A stretch of DNA of 60,335 bases. Source: a virus (taxonomy: Duplodnaviria; Caudoviricetes). Every line of letters starts with the position of its first letter. The first letter of the stretch is position 1. The notes below the pieces were generated by a model that was given only the letters and a program-made list of their open reading frames with translations, searched no databases and was not told where the DNA came from. The translations under genes were made by a program, and so were the position numbers. This document shows positions 1-10,125 of the stretch, one piece after another. The stretch is from positions 1-60,335 of IMG/VR virus record IMGVR_UViG_3300034418_003568. One strand, 5' to 3'.

Positions 1-127
1 CAAGCAGGGACCGGAATCAGCATTGCCAATGCGCCGGGTTCTATCACGATCACTAATTCCGCGCCAGACCAAACGGTTACTCTTTCGGCGGGAACCAACA
101 TAACGGTTGGCGGTACCTATCCCAGCT
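1..127. repeat. Terminal direct repeat (assembly overlap), left copy
   Basis: Identical to 60209-60335; the reading frame runs through it. Confidence 0.95.
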
Positions 128-381
128 TCTTGATCTCTTCGTCTGGTGCGGGTGCTTCGGGTCCAATCTTAGAATCTGAAATCACAATCAGTGAAAACTA
201 CAGCTTAACTGCAGGGACTAATGGACTTAGCGTAGGCCCAGTGACTATCGCGGCTGGGTACAATGTGACCGTTCCGTCAGGGCAAACTTGGATGGTTTTA
301 AATCAGGCAGCGGGTAGTGGTGCCGGTACGATAGCAACAGTAGGTAAGGCAATCGCTATGTCGATTGTGTTCGGAGGTTGA
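1..381 (+). CDS. C-terminal part of the tail fibre-like protein that starts at 59192 and crosses the junction (~465 aa total)
   Basis: Frame from ATG 59192 stays open through the overlap and joins ORF 130..381; Thr/Gly-rich repeats such as AGTGISI and AGTNITV. Confidence 0.8.
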   Translation, partial: QAGTGISIANAPGSITITNSAPDQTVTLSAGTNITVGGTYPSFLISSSGAGASGPILESEITISENYSLTAGTNGLSVGPVTIAAGYNVTVPSGQTWMVLNQAAGSGAGTIATVGKAIAMSIVFGG

Positions 382-385
382 TGAG

Positions 386-760
386 ATGGCGAATCCTAAT
401 ATTGTCAATGTCAGCGCCATTTACGGCAATAATTCATTAACTGATTTAAATACCACGAACGCAACGGCTATCGTGAACAATCCTGCATCTAGTGGCAAAG
501 TATTTAAAATCAATAGCATTATTGTTGCGAATGTGGATGGAGCGGTCGCAGCCGATATCACGATCAATGTTTATAGCGAAGATGATTTGGGCGGTACGGC
601 TTATGCGCTGGCCTCCACAGTATCGGTCCCCGCAGATGCGACGTTGGTAGTGATTGATAAGAACACTTCGATTTATTTGAAGGAAGACCAATCTATTGGA
701 GCTACGGCTGCTGTCGCAAGTGACCTTGTTGTAGTGGCTTCTTGGGAAGAACTGAACTAA
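386..760 (+). CDS. Putative virion structural protein
   Basis: MANPNIVNV... beta-rich protein in the tail module; GGAGG upstream; stop overlaps the next ATG. Confidence 0.65.
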   Translation: MANPNIVNVSAIYGNNSLTDLNTTNATAIVNNPASSGKVFKINSIIVANVDGAVAADITINVYSEDDLGGTAYALASTVSVPADATLVVIDKNTSIYLKEDQSIGATAAVASDLVVVASWEELN

Positions 761-2451
761 TGACGCTTCGCTATACAGGCGGGGTCATTCAAGCGGCTGC
801 GCCTACAGTTAATATAAGTTCTGCTACAGGAGTTTGGCTATTAAGTCAGGCTTTGCCGTATCGTGCTGCGGGAACGTGGCCAATTCAGACTGTCACTATC
901 ATCCAAACTTTTCTTGCTTCTGGTACTTGGACGGCTCCTGCGGATGTGACCGAGGTGGAGTACCTCGTTGTCGCTGGGGGTGGGGGAGGGGGCGGCGTTT
1001 CTGGCGCAGGCGGCGGTGCAGGAGGATTTCGCACCGGCACAGGATTTTCAGTAGCAGCAGGAACCGATTACACAATTACCGTGGGTAGTGGTGGCGCAGG
1101 ATCATCTGTAAATACTCGCGGTGTAAACGGCAACGATTCTGTGTTCAGCACCATAACTAGCACGGGCGGTGGTGGCGGGGGTTCTGCAAATACATCCCCC
1201 AATACAACCGGGGCCAATGGCGGTTCTGGCGGTGGCGGCGCATATACTTATTCCGCGCCATCCTTTACTCCTGCCCCCGGTGGTAGCGGCAATACACCAG
1301 TTGTTTCTCCATCTCAAGGAAGTAATGGAGGGACAGGGAACGCAAGTCCGCCCAATTATGGAGCCGGTGGTGGCGGCGGGGCTAGTGGAACGGGGTCAAA
1401 TGGAACCTCTACGGCAGGAGGAAATGGAGGAGCCGGGTCAGCGTCATCAATTAGCGGATCATCTGTAACTTATTCAGGCGGTGGTGGCGGAGCAGGTCAA
1501 GGCGGTGGCACGGGTGGCGCAGGTGGCGCAGGTGGCGGCGGAACAGGGCAGCCGATTGCGGATGGCGATGCCGGGTCAGCCAATACAGGTGGCGGTGGCG
1601 GCGGGGGTGGACAAACTGCTGCTCCGGGTTTTGTCAATAAAACAGGCGGCTCCGGCGGCTCGGGCATCGTCATCCTGAAATACGAAGTCCCAACAACCAC
1701 CACGATCTTCACGTTTAAATCCACTCAAAAATGGGTAGCCCCATCAGCTGCTGTTAGCGTTGACTATCTTATCGTTGCCGGTGGTGGCGGGGGCGGTGGA
1801 GATGGTGGTGGTGGCGGCGGTGCCGGTGGTTTCCGCACAGGAACCGGTCTAAGTATTACCGGTGGAACCGAGTACACCATTACCGTAGGCGCAGGCGGAA
1901 CGGGAACAACGACCACTAATCCTACGGGCGGTTCTAATTCCGTATTCAGCACCATTACCTCCGCTGGTGGTGGGCAAGGTGGAAATTCTACTGGCCCCGG
2001 CTATGTACTAAACGGTGCAAACGGAGGCTCTGGTGGCGGTGGTCAGGTAGATTTGGGAGGTTTAGGCGGTACAGGTAATACTCCAGTTGTAAGTCCTTCT
2101 CAAGGCAATAACGGAGGAAATGGCTCTGGCCCATCGTACAGTGGTGGAGGCGGCGGTGGCGCGTCTGCTGCCGGAGCAACTGCTAATCCCGGCCCCGGCG
2201 CAGGAAATGGTGGCGATGGAACTGCATCATCTATTTCCGGTTCGTCTGTTACCTATGCTGGTGGTGGCGGTGGTGGATTTGCAACTGCTGGCACAGGTGG
2301 TGCTGGTGGTGGGGGTGCTGGTGGCCCGTCTAATACTGCTGGAACTGCTGGAACTGCAAACACCGGAGGCGGTGGAGGCGGCGGTGGCGGTGCGGGTGGA
2401 GATGGTGGTAATGGCGGTTCAGGTATCGTGATTCTGAAGGTAAACTATTAA
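760..2451 (+). CDS. Glycine-rich tail fibre/adhesin-like protein, 2 Gly-rich domains
   Basis: Two units of W-x-AP...YL(V/I)VAGGGGGG...GSGIVILK. Confidence 0.75.
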   Translation: MTLRYTGGVIQAAAPTVNISSATGVWLLSQALPYRAAGTWPIQTVTIIQTFLASGTWTAPADVTEVEYLVVAGGGGGGGVSGAGGGAGGFRTGTGFSVAAGTDYTITVGSGGAGSSVNTRGVNGNDSVFSTITSTGGGGGGSANTSPNTTGANGGSGGGGAYTYSAPSFTPAPGGSGNTPVVSPSQGSNGGTGNASPPNYGAGGGGGASGTGSNGTSTAGGNGGAGSASSISGSSVTYSGGGGGAGQGGGTGGAGGAGGGGTGQPIADGDAGSANTGGGGGGGGQTAAPGFVNKTGGSGGSGIVILKYEVPTTTTIFTFKSTQKWVAPSAAVSVDYLIVAGGGGGGGDGGGGGGAGGFRTGTGLSITGGTEYTITVGAGGTGTTTTNPTGGSNSVFSTITSAGGGQGGNSTGPGYVLNGANGGSGGGGQVDLGGLGGTGNTPVVSPSQGNNGGNGSGPSYSGGGGGGASAAGATANPGPGAGNGGDGTASSISGSSVTYAGGGGGGFATAGTGGAGGGGAGGPSNTAGTAGTANTGGGGGGGGGAGGDGGNGGSGIVILKVNY

Positions 2452-2469
2452 AAGTTTTGAGGGCTTGAA

Positions 2470-2943
2470 ATGGCTAACGTAATTGATGCAACAACCGGCG
2501 GCATAGTATCGACTGGCGATAGCACAGCAGCCCTTGATATCAAGACAGGCGGCACGACCGCTATTTCAATTGGTACGGGCCAATCGGTCACGATCAGCAA
2601 TGGACCTCTTTCGGATGCAGATGGCAACATTCGTGCGGTTCCGTCAGTCGGTGCAGCCAAGACCGCTGAATACACCTTGACCATTAGCGATGTCGGGAAC
2701 TATGTGACGGTGGGTTCCGGTGGCGGTATTACCCTTTTAGATGACGTATTCACAGCAGGCGATGTGGTTTCTGTCTTTAACGACACAACCGGCGATATCA
2801 CCATCACTTGCACCATCACGACCGCTTACTTAGCGGGAACCGATACGGATCAAGCGACTTTAACTCTAGCGACCCGTGGCATTGCGACGGTGTTATTCAC
2901 TTCTCCTTCGGCTTGCGTTGTAGCAGGGAATGTATCTGCATGA
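2470..2943 (+). CDS. Tail-associated structural protein
   Basis: 157-aa beta-rich ORF between two fibre genes. Confidence 0.6.
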   Translation: MANVIDATTGGIVSTGDSTAALDIKTGGTTAISIGTGQSVTISNGPLSDADGNIRAVPSVGAAKTAEYTLTISDVGNYVTVGSGGGITLLDDVFTAGDVVSVFNDTTGDITITCTITTAYLAGTDTDQATLTLATRGIATVLFTSPSACVVAGNVSA

Positions 2944-5900
2944 GTGGGATAATGATGCTCCTGCTCGCGGGGGCAATTGCTAAACAGCAATACATCGAAC
3001 GCAAAATCTTCACCTCCACGGGAAGCTGGGTTGCGCCTGCGGGTGTGACTCAAGTTGATTATCTTGTTGTCGCTGGGGGTGCAGGGGGTGGCCGAACTGG
3101 TGGCGGAGGTGGCGCAGGTGGGTTCCGTACAGGGACAGGTTTATCAGTTACTGCGGGTACCGATTACACCGTTACTGTTGGGGGTGGCGGAGCAGGAAGC
3201 AACACCGATTCTGTCGCAGGCTCATCTGGCGGTAATTCAGTATTTAGCACCATTACTTCAAATGGCGGTGGTGGAGGCGGGTCAAACCCAAATCCTTCTG
3301 CTGGCGCAAACGGTGGCTCTGGTGGCGGAGCAGGATGCACAAGTAGTGCAAACTCCGGTGGAACTGGCAACACGCCATCTACTAATCCGTCGCAAGGATC
3401 AAATGGTGGAGATAATGCTACTGGCGCACCCAATTATGGCGCGGGTGGAGGTGGCGGTGCATCGGCTGTAGGTGCAAACGGAACTAACACAACTGGCGGC
3501 AATGGCGGTGCGGGTACAGCCTCATCTATTTCTGGCGCATCTGCAACCTATGCAGGCGGCGGCGGCGGTGGAACTATTAGCGGAGGAACCGCAGGGTCGG
3601 GCGGTTCTGGTGGCGGGGGCGATGGTGGGACCGCTGGTGGAAATAATCCCGGCACGGCTGGAACTACAAATACGGGCGGTGGTGGTGGCGGCTCAAGTTA
3701 CAGCAGTTCGCCTGTCATCGGCGGCTCCGGCGGCTCCGGCGTTGTCATTCTGAAATACGCAGTTCCGGTTCAGACGGTCGTACAGACCTTCACTTCCTCT
3801 GGCACTTGGACTTGCCCCTCGAACGTGAGTGCGGTGGAGTACCTCGTTGTTGCGGGGGGTGGCGGTGGGGGATCATCTGGCATAAGTTTTAGTGTTGGCA
3901 TTTGTGGCGGCGGTGGCGGCGCAGGTGGCTTCCGTACCGGCACAGGGTTTAGCGTAACTGGCGGAACTGATTACACGATTACGGTTGGTGCTGGCGGTAG
4001 TTCTCAAACTGCTGGCAGTGATTCTGTATTCAGCACAATCACATCAACTGGAGGCGGAGGCGGTGGCGTACCGGGTGGCGCTCCGCAAACAGCAATTCCG
4101 CCTACTACTGGCGGCTCTGGCGGCGGCGGCGCTGGATCAAACCTCGCCAATACGCAAAACGGCGCAGCGGGAAACACGCCAAGCACTGCGCCAAGCCAAG
4201 GGAATGACGGCGGTAACGGGTTCGGAAGTGATGCCGACGCAGATGTGCAATGTTCTGGCGGTGGTGGTGGCGCTTCTGCTGTAGGCGCAAATGCCGCCTC
4301 TGCTGCTGGTGGGAACGGGGGCGGTGGTACTGCGTCAAGCATCAGTGGCTCTTCTGTAACCTACGCTGGCGGCGGTGGTGGTGGAAAAAGAACAACTAGC
4401 GGCTCACCGGGGACTGCTGGAACGGGTGGTTCTGGTGGCGGCGGAAATGGCGCTAAAGGTGCTGCGGCTGGGAGCGCCGGAACAGTAAACACGGGCGGCG
4501 GCGGCGGCGGCGCAGGCCAACAAGTGTCAACTACAAATGGAGGCACAGGCGGCTCCGGCATTGTCATTTTGAAATACACCCTTGGCACGGCTTCCATCCT
4601 GACATTCAAGTCCAGCCAAAACTTTGTGATGCCTGCTGGTGTGAGCAGTGTGGACTACCTCGTGGTGGGAGGTGGTGGTTCTGGCGGAGTTGGGGGAGGC
4701 GCTTCAAATGGTGGCGCAGGTGGCGGTGGAGCCGGGGGTATGCGTACCGGCACAGGTCTAACTGTTACTCCGGGTTCTAATTATACCGTTACTGTTGGTG
4801 GCGGGGGATCAAGCGGATCAAACGGTAGTGACTCCGTATTTAGCGCCATCACATCAACAGGCGGTGGCAAAGGCGGCAATTACAACAGTGGTAATGGTAG
4901 TAATGGTGGTTCTGGTGGCGGCGGTTCTGGTGGGTTTCCAAGTACTTTTGGAACTGGTGGAACTGGAAATACACCAAGTACATATCCATCCCAAGGCTCA
5001 AGCGGCGGAAATGGGGCTGCTGATAGCAATCCCCCCGGTGGCGGTGGTGGTGGTGCTTCTGCTGTTGGGTCGGCGGCAAGCGGGTCTACAGCCGGAAACG
5101 GCGGCGCTGGCACTGCATCATCTATTTCTGGCTCGTCCGTAACTTATGCTGGCGGTGGTGGGGGTGGTCGTTGGGTTGCCCCATATACCAATGGAACCGG
5201 AGGTGTGGGCGGCGGCGGGGATGGCGTAAGCGCAACTCCTGTAAATGCTGGAGCCGCTAACACAGGGGGAGGCGGTGGCGGTGGCACTTCTGCTGGCGGC
5301 GGCTCCGGCGGCTCCGGTATTGTCATCCTAAAGCTAAACTTTGGCGACTCCGAGCTTTACACCTTCACCTCCACGCAATCTTGGACAGCCCCAGCGGGTG
5401 CGGTGAGTGTGGACTACCTTGTCGTGGCTGGTGGTGGTGGCGGTGGAGGAACTAATCCTTCACAAGGTAGTGCTGGAGGCGGCGGCGCTGGTGGTTTCAG
5501 AACCGGAACCGGTCTTGCTATCACGGCTGGAACTTCCTATACCATCACGGTTGGTGCTGGCGGGACAAGTGGAACTGGTAGTGGTTCTCCTGGCAGTAGT
5601 TCTGTTTTTGATACGATTACCTCTGCTGGCGGTGGAGGTGGAGGTACTAACACCGCAGGCGGCGCAGGTGGATCGGGAGGTGGCGGTTCGGGAGTTGCAC
5701 CAGCTTCTGGTGGTGCAGGTAATACACCTTCAACTGTTCCTTCACAAGGAAATAACGGTGGAGATGGATCTCCTAGCGTACCTAATTATGGACAAGGTGG
5801 TGGTGGCGGAGCATCTGCCGTTGGAGCAAATGGAACATCCACGGCTGGTGGAAACGGTGGAGATGGAACTACATCAAATATTTCTGGAGGTTCTGTCACC

Positions 5901-6104
5901 TATGCTGGTGGTGGAGGTGGAGCTTCCTTTAATGGAGGAACAAATGGCTCTGGTGGTGCTGGTGGCGGCGGTGCCGCAGCAAGACCGGGCGTTGCAGGAA
6001 CTGCCAACACAGGCGGTGGTGGCGGTGCTGGGCAGTATCTATCTAGCGGAGCCTCCGGCGGCGCAGGCGGTTCAGGTATCGTAATTTTGAGGGTTAATTT
6101 TTAA
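2940..6104 (+). CDS. Glycine-rich tail fibre/adhesin-like protein, 4 Gly-rich domains
   Basis: ATG 2940 overlaps the previous stop (ATGA); four YLVV(A/G)GG...GSG(I/V)VIL(K/R) units. Confidence 0.75.
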   Translation: MSGIMMLLLAGAIAKQQYIERKIFTSTGSWVAPAGVTQVDYLVVAGGAGGGRTGGGGGAGGFRTGTGLSVTAGTDYTVTVGGGGAGSNTDSVAGSSGGNSVFSTITSNGGGGGGSNPNPSAGANGGSGGGAGCTSSANSGGTGNTPSTNPSQGSNGGDNATGAPNYGAGGGGGASAVGANGTNTTGGNGGAGTASSISGASATYAGGGGGGTISGGTAGSGGSGGGGDGGTAGGNNPGTAGTTNTGGGGGGSSYSSSPVIGGSGGSGVVILKYAVPVQTVVQTFTSSGTWTCPSNVSAVEYLVVAGGGGGGSSGISFSVGICGGGGGAGGFRTGTGFSVTGGTDYTITVGAGGSSQTAGSDSVFSTITSTGGGGGGVPGGAPQTAIPPTTGGSGGGGAGSNLANTQNGAAGNTPSTAPSQGNDGGNGFGSDADADVQCSGGGGGASAVGANAASAAGGNGGGGTASSISGSSVTYAGGGGGGKRTTSGSPGTAGTGGSGGGGNGAKGAAAGSAGTVNTGGGGGGAGQQVSTTNGGTGGSGIVILKYTLGTASILTFKSSQNFVMPAGVSSVDYLVVGGGGSGGVGGGASNGGAGGGGAGGMRTGTGLTVTPGSNYTVTVGGGGSSGSNGSDSVFSAITSTGGGKGGNYNSGNGSNGGSGGGGSGGFPSTFGTGGTGNTPSTYPSQGSSGGNGAADSNPPGGGGGGASAVGSAASGSTAGNGGAGTASSISGSSVTYAGGGGGGRWVAPYTNGTGGVGGGGDGVSATPVNAGAANTGGGGGGGTSAGGGSGGSGIVILKLNFGDSELYTFTSTQSWTAPAGAVSVDYLVVAGGGGGGGTNPSQGSAGGGGAGGFRTGTGLAITAGTSYTITVGAGGTSGTGSGSPGSSSVFDTITSAGGGGGGTNTAGGAGGSGGGGSGVAPASGGAGNTPSTVPSQGNNGGDGSPSVPNYGQGGGGGASAVGANGTSTAGGNGGDGTTSNISGGSVTYAGGGGGASFNGGTNGSGGAGGGGAAARPGVAGTANTGGGGGAGQYLSSGASGGAGGSGIVILRVNF

Positions 6105-6358
6105 TGAAGACATATCAACTCATGGGCATTGACACAGCGGTGCATCTGTTACGACCGGGTGCGAAGTGGGAGTGGACAGGCGGTTTAGGGTTTACCCGTT
6201 GGGACGATCCAAGGCCAAAACCCTCTGTGGAAGAAGTGATGGAAACCATTGAAAAGATCAAAGCCTTTGAAGATTCCATCAACACCATCCTGTTGCCTGA
6301 ACAGCAAGCGGCCTTTGATGAGCATGTCAAACAAATTGAAGCGGGGATGAACGCTTGA
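6104..6358 (+). CDS. XkdW-like tail fibre assembly protein
   Basis: LRPGAKW...W..PRPKPS.EE pattern directly after a fibre gene. Confidence 0.5.
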   Translation: MKTYQLMGIDTAVHLLRPGAKWEWTGGLGFTRWDDPRPKPSVEEVMETIEKIKAFEDSINTILLPEQQAAFDEHVKQIEAGMNA

Positions 6359-6957
6359 ACCTTTACAGCATATTCCCAACCCCCGTTGCCAAATTTGACC
6401 TTGGGCGAGAACTCAGCGCCGAGGAGTTGGACTTTGTGGGTTCACAAGAGACTCACAAGAATATGGGTAACACCACCAGCAATAACCGCTATGTGTTGCG
6501 CGATGACACAATGGCAAAGCTGCGGGAGTTTACCGAAAGCTCTGTGGCGGAATACCTCAAGTCCATCTATGCCCCGAAAAACGATGTCAGCTTGCGGATC
6601 ACGCAGTCATGGCTCAACTACACGAAGCCCGGTGAGTTCCACCACAAGCACGCCCATCCCAATTCTTTTGTGAGCGGGGTCTTGTATCTCAAGGCAGCAC
6701 GAGAGCGAGACAAGATTTATTTCTACCGTGATGGTTATCAACAAATCAAACTGCCGACCGACAACTGGAACTTACACAACAGCGAATCGTGGTGGTTTGA
6801 AGTGGGTACCGGCGACTTGATGATTTTTCCTTCACACCTTACTCACATGGTTGAGACGGTGAAAGAGGAAGATCGCATTTCGTTATCTTTTAACACCTTC
6901 CCTGTCGGGTATGTCGGGGAAGAGGAATCTTTGACAGCCCTTCATTTGGAGCAGTGA
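6355..6957 (+). CDS. 2OG-Fe(II) oxygenase (TIGR02466-like)
   Basis: IFPTP, SWLN, HxH.NS..SGVLYL, FPS.L.H.V and RISLSFN motifs. Confidence 0.85.
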   Translation: MNLYSIFPTPVAKFDLGRELSAEELDFVGSQETHKNMGNTTSNNRYVLRDDTMAKLREFTESSVAEYLKSIYAPKNDVSLRITQSWLNYTKPGEFHHKHAHPNSFVSGVLYLKAARERDKIYFYRDGYQQIKLPTDNWNLHNSESWWFEVGTGDLMIFPSHLTHMVETVKEEDRISLSFNTFPVGYVGEEESLTALHLEQ

Positions 6958-6958
6958 C

Positions 6959-7336
6959 ATGGCACATTTTGCAGAATTAGATGCGAATAACGTGGTGCAG
7001 CGAGTGATCGTTGTAGCCAACAAAGACACGGCTGATGCCAACGGCAACGAAGTCGAAAGCATTGGTGTAGCGTTTTGCCAGAAGTTGTTTGGCGGCACTT
7101 GGGTGCAAACCTCGTACAACGGCAACAAGCGTAAGAACTACGCAGGCTTGGGCTACACCTACAATGCTGACATCGATGCCTTTGTTCCACCGAAGCCCTA
7201 TACCTCGTGGGTATTGAACGAAGATGCTCAGTGGGAAGCGCCAGTTGCAATGCCTGACGATGGGCAGATGTACTCTTGGGATGAAGATTCGCAGTCTTGG
7301 GTAGCTATGGCTGATTCAGGTTCCTTAACGATCTAA
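6959..7336 (+). CDS. Conserved tail-associated phage protein
   Basis: MAHFAELD.NN.V.RVIVV...WVQTSYN...RKNYAG.GY.Y motif. Confidence 0.65.
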   Translation: MAHFAELDANNVVQRVIVVANKDTADANGNEVESIGVAFCQKLFGGTWVQTSYNGNKRKNYAGLGYTYNADIDAFVPPKPYTSWVLNEDAQWEAPVAMPDDGQMYSWDEDSQSWVAMADSGSLTI

Positions 7337-7340
7337 AGTC

Positions 7341-8030
7341 ATGCTTGGTTTTGTCCCACTTTCAGCGGCACCATTTTCTGCTCTTGGGGAAGGTGCTGTC
7401 GTTGTTAGTGGGGTACAGGGGAACACTGCACTAGGATCTGTCACCGTCGCGGCGGAAGCGGTTGCCTTTGTATCAGGCGTTAGTGCAACAGGCGAAGTCG
7501 GTACGGTCACGGTTATCGGCCTTGCCAATGTTCCCGTTACAGGTGTGGAAGCGACCGGTCAGGTCGGCACGGTTGCCATCACAGGCATTGCCAATATCCC
7601 TGTCACGGGAGTCGAAGCCACCGGCAATGTCGGGTCGGTATTGGTTGCTGCCAATGCAGATGTCTTTGTTACAGGCGAAGAAGCGACCGGCGCGGTGGGC
7701 GATGTCACGGTCGAAGGCCAAGCAGTTGCAGCCGTTACAGGGGTCGAGGCGACAGGCAATGTTGGCACTGTCACGATCTTTATTGAGGTTATTGTTCCTG
7801 TTACCGGAGTGGTCGGAACAGGTGCGGTTGGCACTGCCACAGTTGCAGCAGGGGCTACAGCCTTTGTTACAGGGGTTTCAGCAACCGGTGCTGTCGGGCA
7901 AGTCACTGTTTGGGGTAAGATTGTGCCAATACCGACCGGTCCGTGGACTCCGATTAGTACAGCAGATTCACAGACTTGGACACCGATTACGACATCAGAC
8001 ACACAAACTTGGACGAAGATAGCGGCCTAG
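7341..8030 (+). CDS. Virion protein with VTGV.ATG.VG repeats
   Basis: About 8 imperfect ~20-aa repeats and a Trp-containing C-terminal repeat. Confidence 0.65.
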   Translation: MLGFVPLSAAPFSALGEGAVVVSGVQGNTALGSVTVAAEAVAFVSGVSATGEVGTVTVIGLANVPVTGVEATGQVGTVAITGIANIPVTGVEATGNVGSVLVAANADVFVTGEEATGAVGDVTVEGQAVAAVTGVEATGNVGTVTIFIEVIVPVTGVVGTGAVGTATVAAGATAFVTGVSATGAVGQVTVWGKIVPIPTGPWTPISTADSQTWTPITTSDTQTWTKIAA

Positions 8031-8040
8031 AGGTTTAAAC

Positions 8041-9525
8041 ATGGCAAGTACATACAGCACTAACCTTGCTTTGGAACTGATCGGAACAGGCGATCAAGCA
8101 GGTACTTGGGGTAACACCACCAACACCAACTTGGGAACCCTGATTGAGCAGGCGATCTCTGGTTATGTGACCCAAGCTATCACAGACGGTGCCGATACCA
8201 CCATCACCATCCCGAATGGTTCTACGGGTGTAGCCCGTAACATGTATATCGAATGCACGGGAACATTGACTGCTAATCGTAACCTCGTAGTTCCTGCCAA
8301 CAAGAAACTGTATTTCATCTATAACAATACTAGCGGTGGCTTCGCTGTCACAGTCAAAGTATCAGGTCAGACTGGTGTGTCGGTTCCTAATGGCGAGAAA
8401 AAACTTCTTGTCTCAAACGGTACTGATATTGTTGAAGCTATCACTCCCGAGGTTACATCACCTGCAAGTACAACAGATAACGCAATTGTTCGCTGGGATG
8501 GAACCGATGGCTCTGCCATTCAAAACTCTTCCGTTACGATTAGTGATTCAGGAGTGTTGACCACTCCAACTAACGCTATTATTGATACACTCTATATCGG
8601 TAAAACACGCCCCGGTGGGGGTCCTAGTTCTCTTAATAATATTTATATAGGAGAAACTTTACCTACATTTAGCACTAATGCTAATGCTAACGTCATTATT
8701 GGACAAGATGCCTGTGCTTCAAGAGAAGGTGGTTCTTTTGCAACTTATGTAGGGTGGGGCGCAGGTGGGTCTTTATCCACCGCAATTAGTGGCACGATAA
8801 GTTTTAATACCGCTATAGGCGCTTCGGCAATGGCGGGATATAGAGGAGGCTCAAGTGTTGCAGTAGGCTATGGAGCGTTAGGATCGTCTAGTACTGTTTC
8901 GGCTAGTGCTAATGTCGCCGTAGGTTTTGATGCACTTGAAGCTATTAATAACGGACAGAGTAATACTGCTGTTGGAACGAATGCTTATAAAACAGGAGAT
9001 TATACCAATAGTGCTTGTTTTGGGGCTAATACGGCGGTTACGGGTAACGATCAAGTTCAGCTAGGCGATTCTTCTACCACTACTTACGCTTATGGTGCAG
9101 TCCAAGATCGTTCGGATGCGCGAGATAAAACGGATATTCAAGATACTCAGCTAGGCTTGAACTTTATTATGGCGTTGCGTCCCCGCGATTATCGTTGGGA
9201 CTATCGTGAAGATTACAGACCGCCTGCTCCGCCTATAGGGGCTTCAAAAGAAGAAAAGAAAGCGTGGCAAGAGGCCGCAAGAATATCTAATCTTTCCCAC
9301 GACGGAACCCACAAGCGCACCCGCTTACATCACGGCCTTGTCGCACAAGAAGTCAAAGCGACGATGGATTCATTAGGTATCGACTTCGGTGGATATCAGG
9401 ATCACAGTATCAAAGGCGGCGAAGATGTGTTGTCTATAGGATACAACGAATTGATTGGCCCTCTTATCAAAGCGATTCAAGAACTCAAAGCAGAGTTCGA
9501 TGAATACAAAGCGAATCATCCGTGA
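8041..9525 (+). CDS. Tail fibre/spike with C-terminal intramolecular chaperone (peptidase S74-like)
   Basis: SDARDKTDI...LRP..Y.W...GLVAQEV...Y.ELIGPLIKAIQEL; N-x-A-V-G beta-roll repeats. Confidence 0.85.
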   Translation: MASTYSTNLALELIGTGDQAGTWGNTTNTNLGTLIEQAISGYVTQAITDGADTTITIPNGSTGVARNMYIECTGTLTANRNLVVPANKKLYFIYNNTSGGFAVTVKVSGQTGVSVPNGEKKLLVSNGTDIVEAITPEVTSPASTTDNAIVRWDGTDGSAIQNSSVTISDSGVLTTPTNAIIDTLYIGKTRPGGGPSSLNNIYIGETLPTFSTNANANVIIGQDACASREGGSFATYVGWGAGGSLSTAISGTISFNTAIGASAMAGYRGGSSVAVGYGALGSSSTVSASANVAVGFDALEAINNGQSNTAVGTNAYKTGDYTNSACFGANTAVTGNDQVQLGDSSTTTYAYGAVQDRSDARDKTDIQDTQLGLNFIMALRPRDYRWDYREDYRPPAPPIGASKEEKKAWQEAARISNLSHDGTHKRTRLHHGLVAQEVKATMDSLGIDFGGYQDHSIKGGEDVLSIGYNELIGPLIKAIQELKAEFDEYKANHP

Positions 9526-9537
9526 CGGTTATGAGAG

Positions 9538-10125
9538 TTGAACAACCCAATCGACAAATTGACGGAGATTGCAGGGGCTGCGACTAATCCTCTTTCAGCG
9601 GCGGAGTCCACGCTGAAGGCTGCTCGTGGTGTTGTTAAAGAAGGCCACGGTTTAGTTGAAGATGTTCGGAAAATTGCGGAGGCGGAAACAAAACGAGCAG
9701 AAAAAAAGGCAGATCAAAAAGCGATTCAGTCAGCAATTGATAAGCACCGTGCAGCCAAGAGAGTGGGCAAACAGGAATCGGAACGCGCTGCGGAAACTTA
9801 CAATGCCGACACACAAACCTCTCATTCTGCTGCTGAAAAGATACTGATTGAGAAAAAGGCGCAGGAAGAAGAACACGCGCTGATTTGGTCGATGTCTGCC
9901 GATGAACGTGAGGCTTATTTAGCAGAGAAACGCAAACAGATTGAGCTACGCAGGAAAGAAGAACGAAGGATTGAGCTTGAACGGATACGTCGAAAGGAAT
10001 TACGAGATAGCATTATTGGCGGGATAATGGCGATATTTGGTCTGTGCGTAGGGGTCTACTTCATCTTTGATTGGCTTTCTGTTGAAGCAACTGGGCAAAG
10101 TATTAAGGAACGGATGGGCAAATAG
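9538..10125 (+). CDS. Hypothetical coiled-coil protein with C-terminal TM helix
   Basis: Charged helical body plus IIGGIMAIFGLCVGVYFIF; TTG start. Confidence 0.55.
   Translation: MNNPIDKLTEIAGAATNPLSAAESTLKAARGVVKEGHGLVEDVRKIAEAETKRAEKKADQKAIQSAIDKHRAAKRVGKQESERAAETYNADTQTSHSAAEKILIEKKAQEEEHALIWSMSADEREAYLAEKRKQIELRRKEERRIELERIRRKELRDSIIGGIMAIFGLCVGVYFIFDWLSVEATGQSIKERMGK

Noticed and set aside
1-127. 127-bp terminal repeat as a biological direct terminal repeat
   Set aside because: It lies mid-gene and equals a common assembler k-mer length, so it most likely marks circular overlap
834-6084. Many alternative-frame and antisense Pro-rich or Val/Ala-rich ORFs
   Set aside because: Shadows of GGN glycine codon runs in the fibre genes
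760-6104. Repeated fibre domains as DGR template/variable repeats or an invertible shufflon
   Set aside because: No reverse transcriptase or site-specific recombinase found; all copies are in-frame, same-strand and diverged throughout
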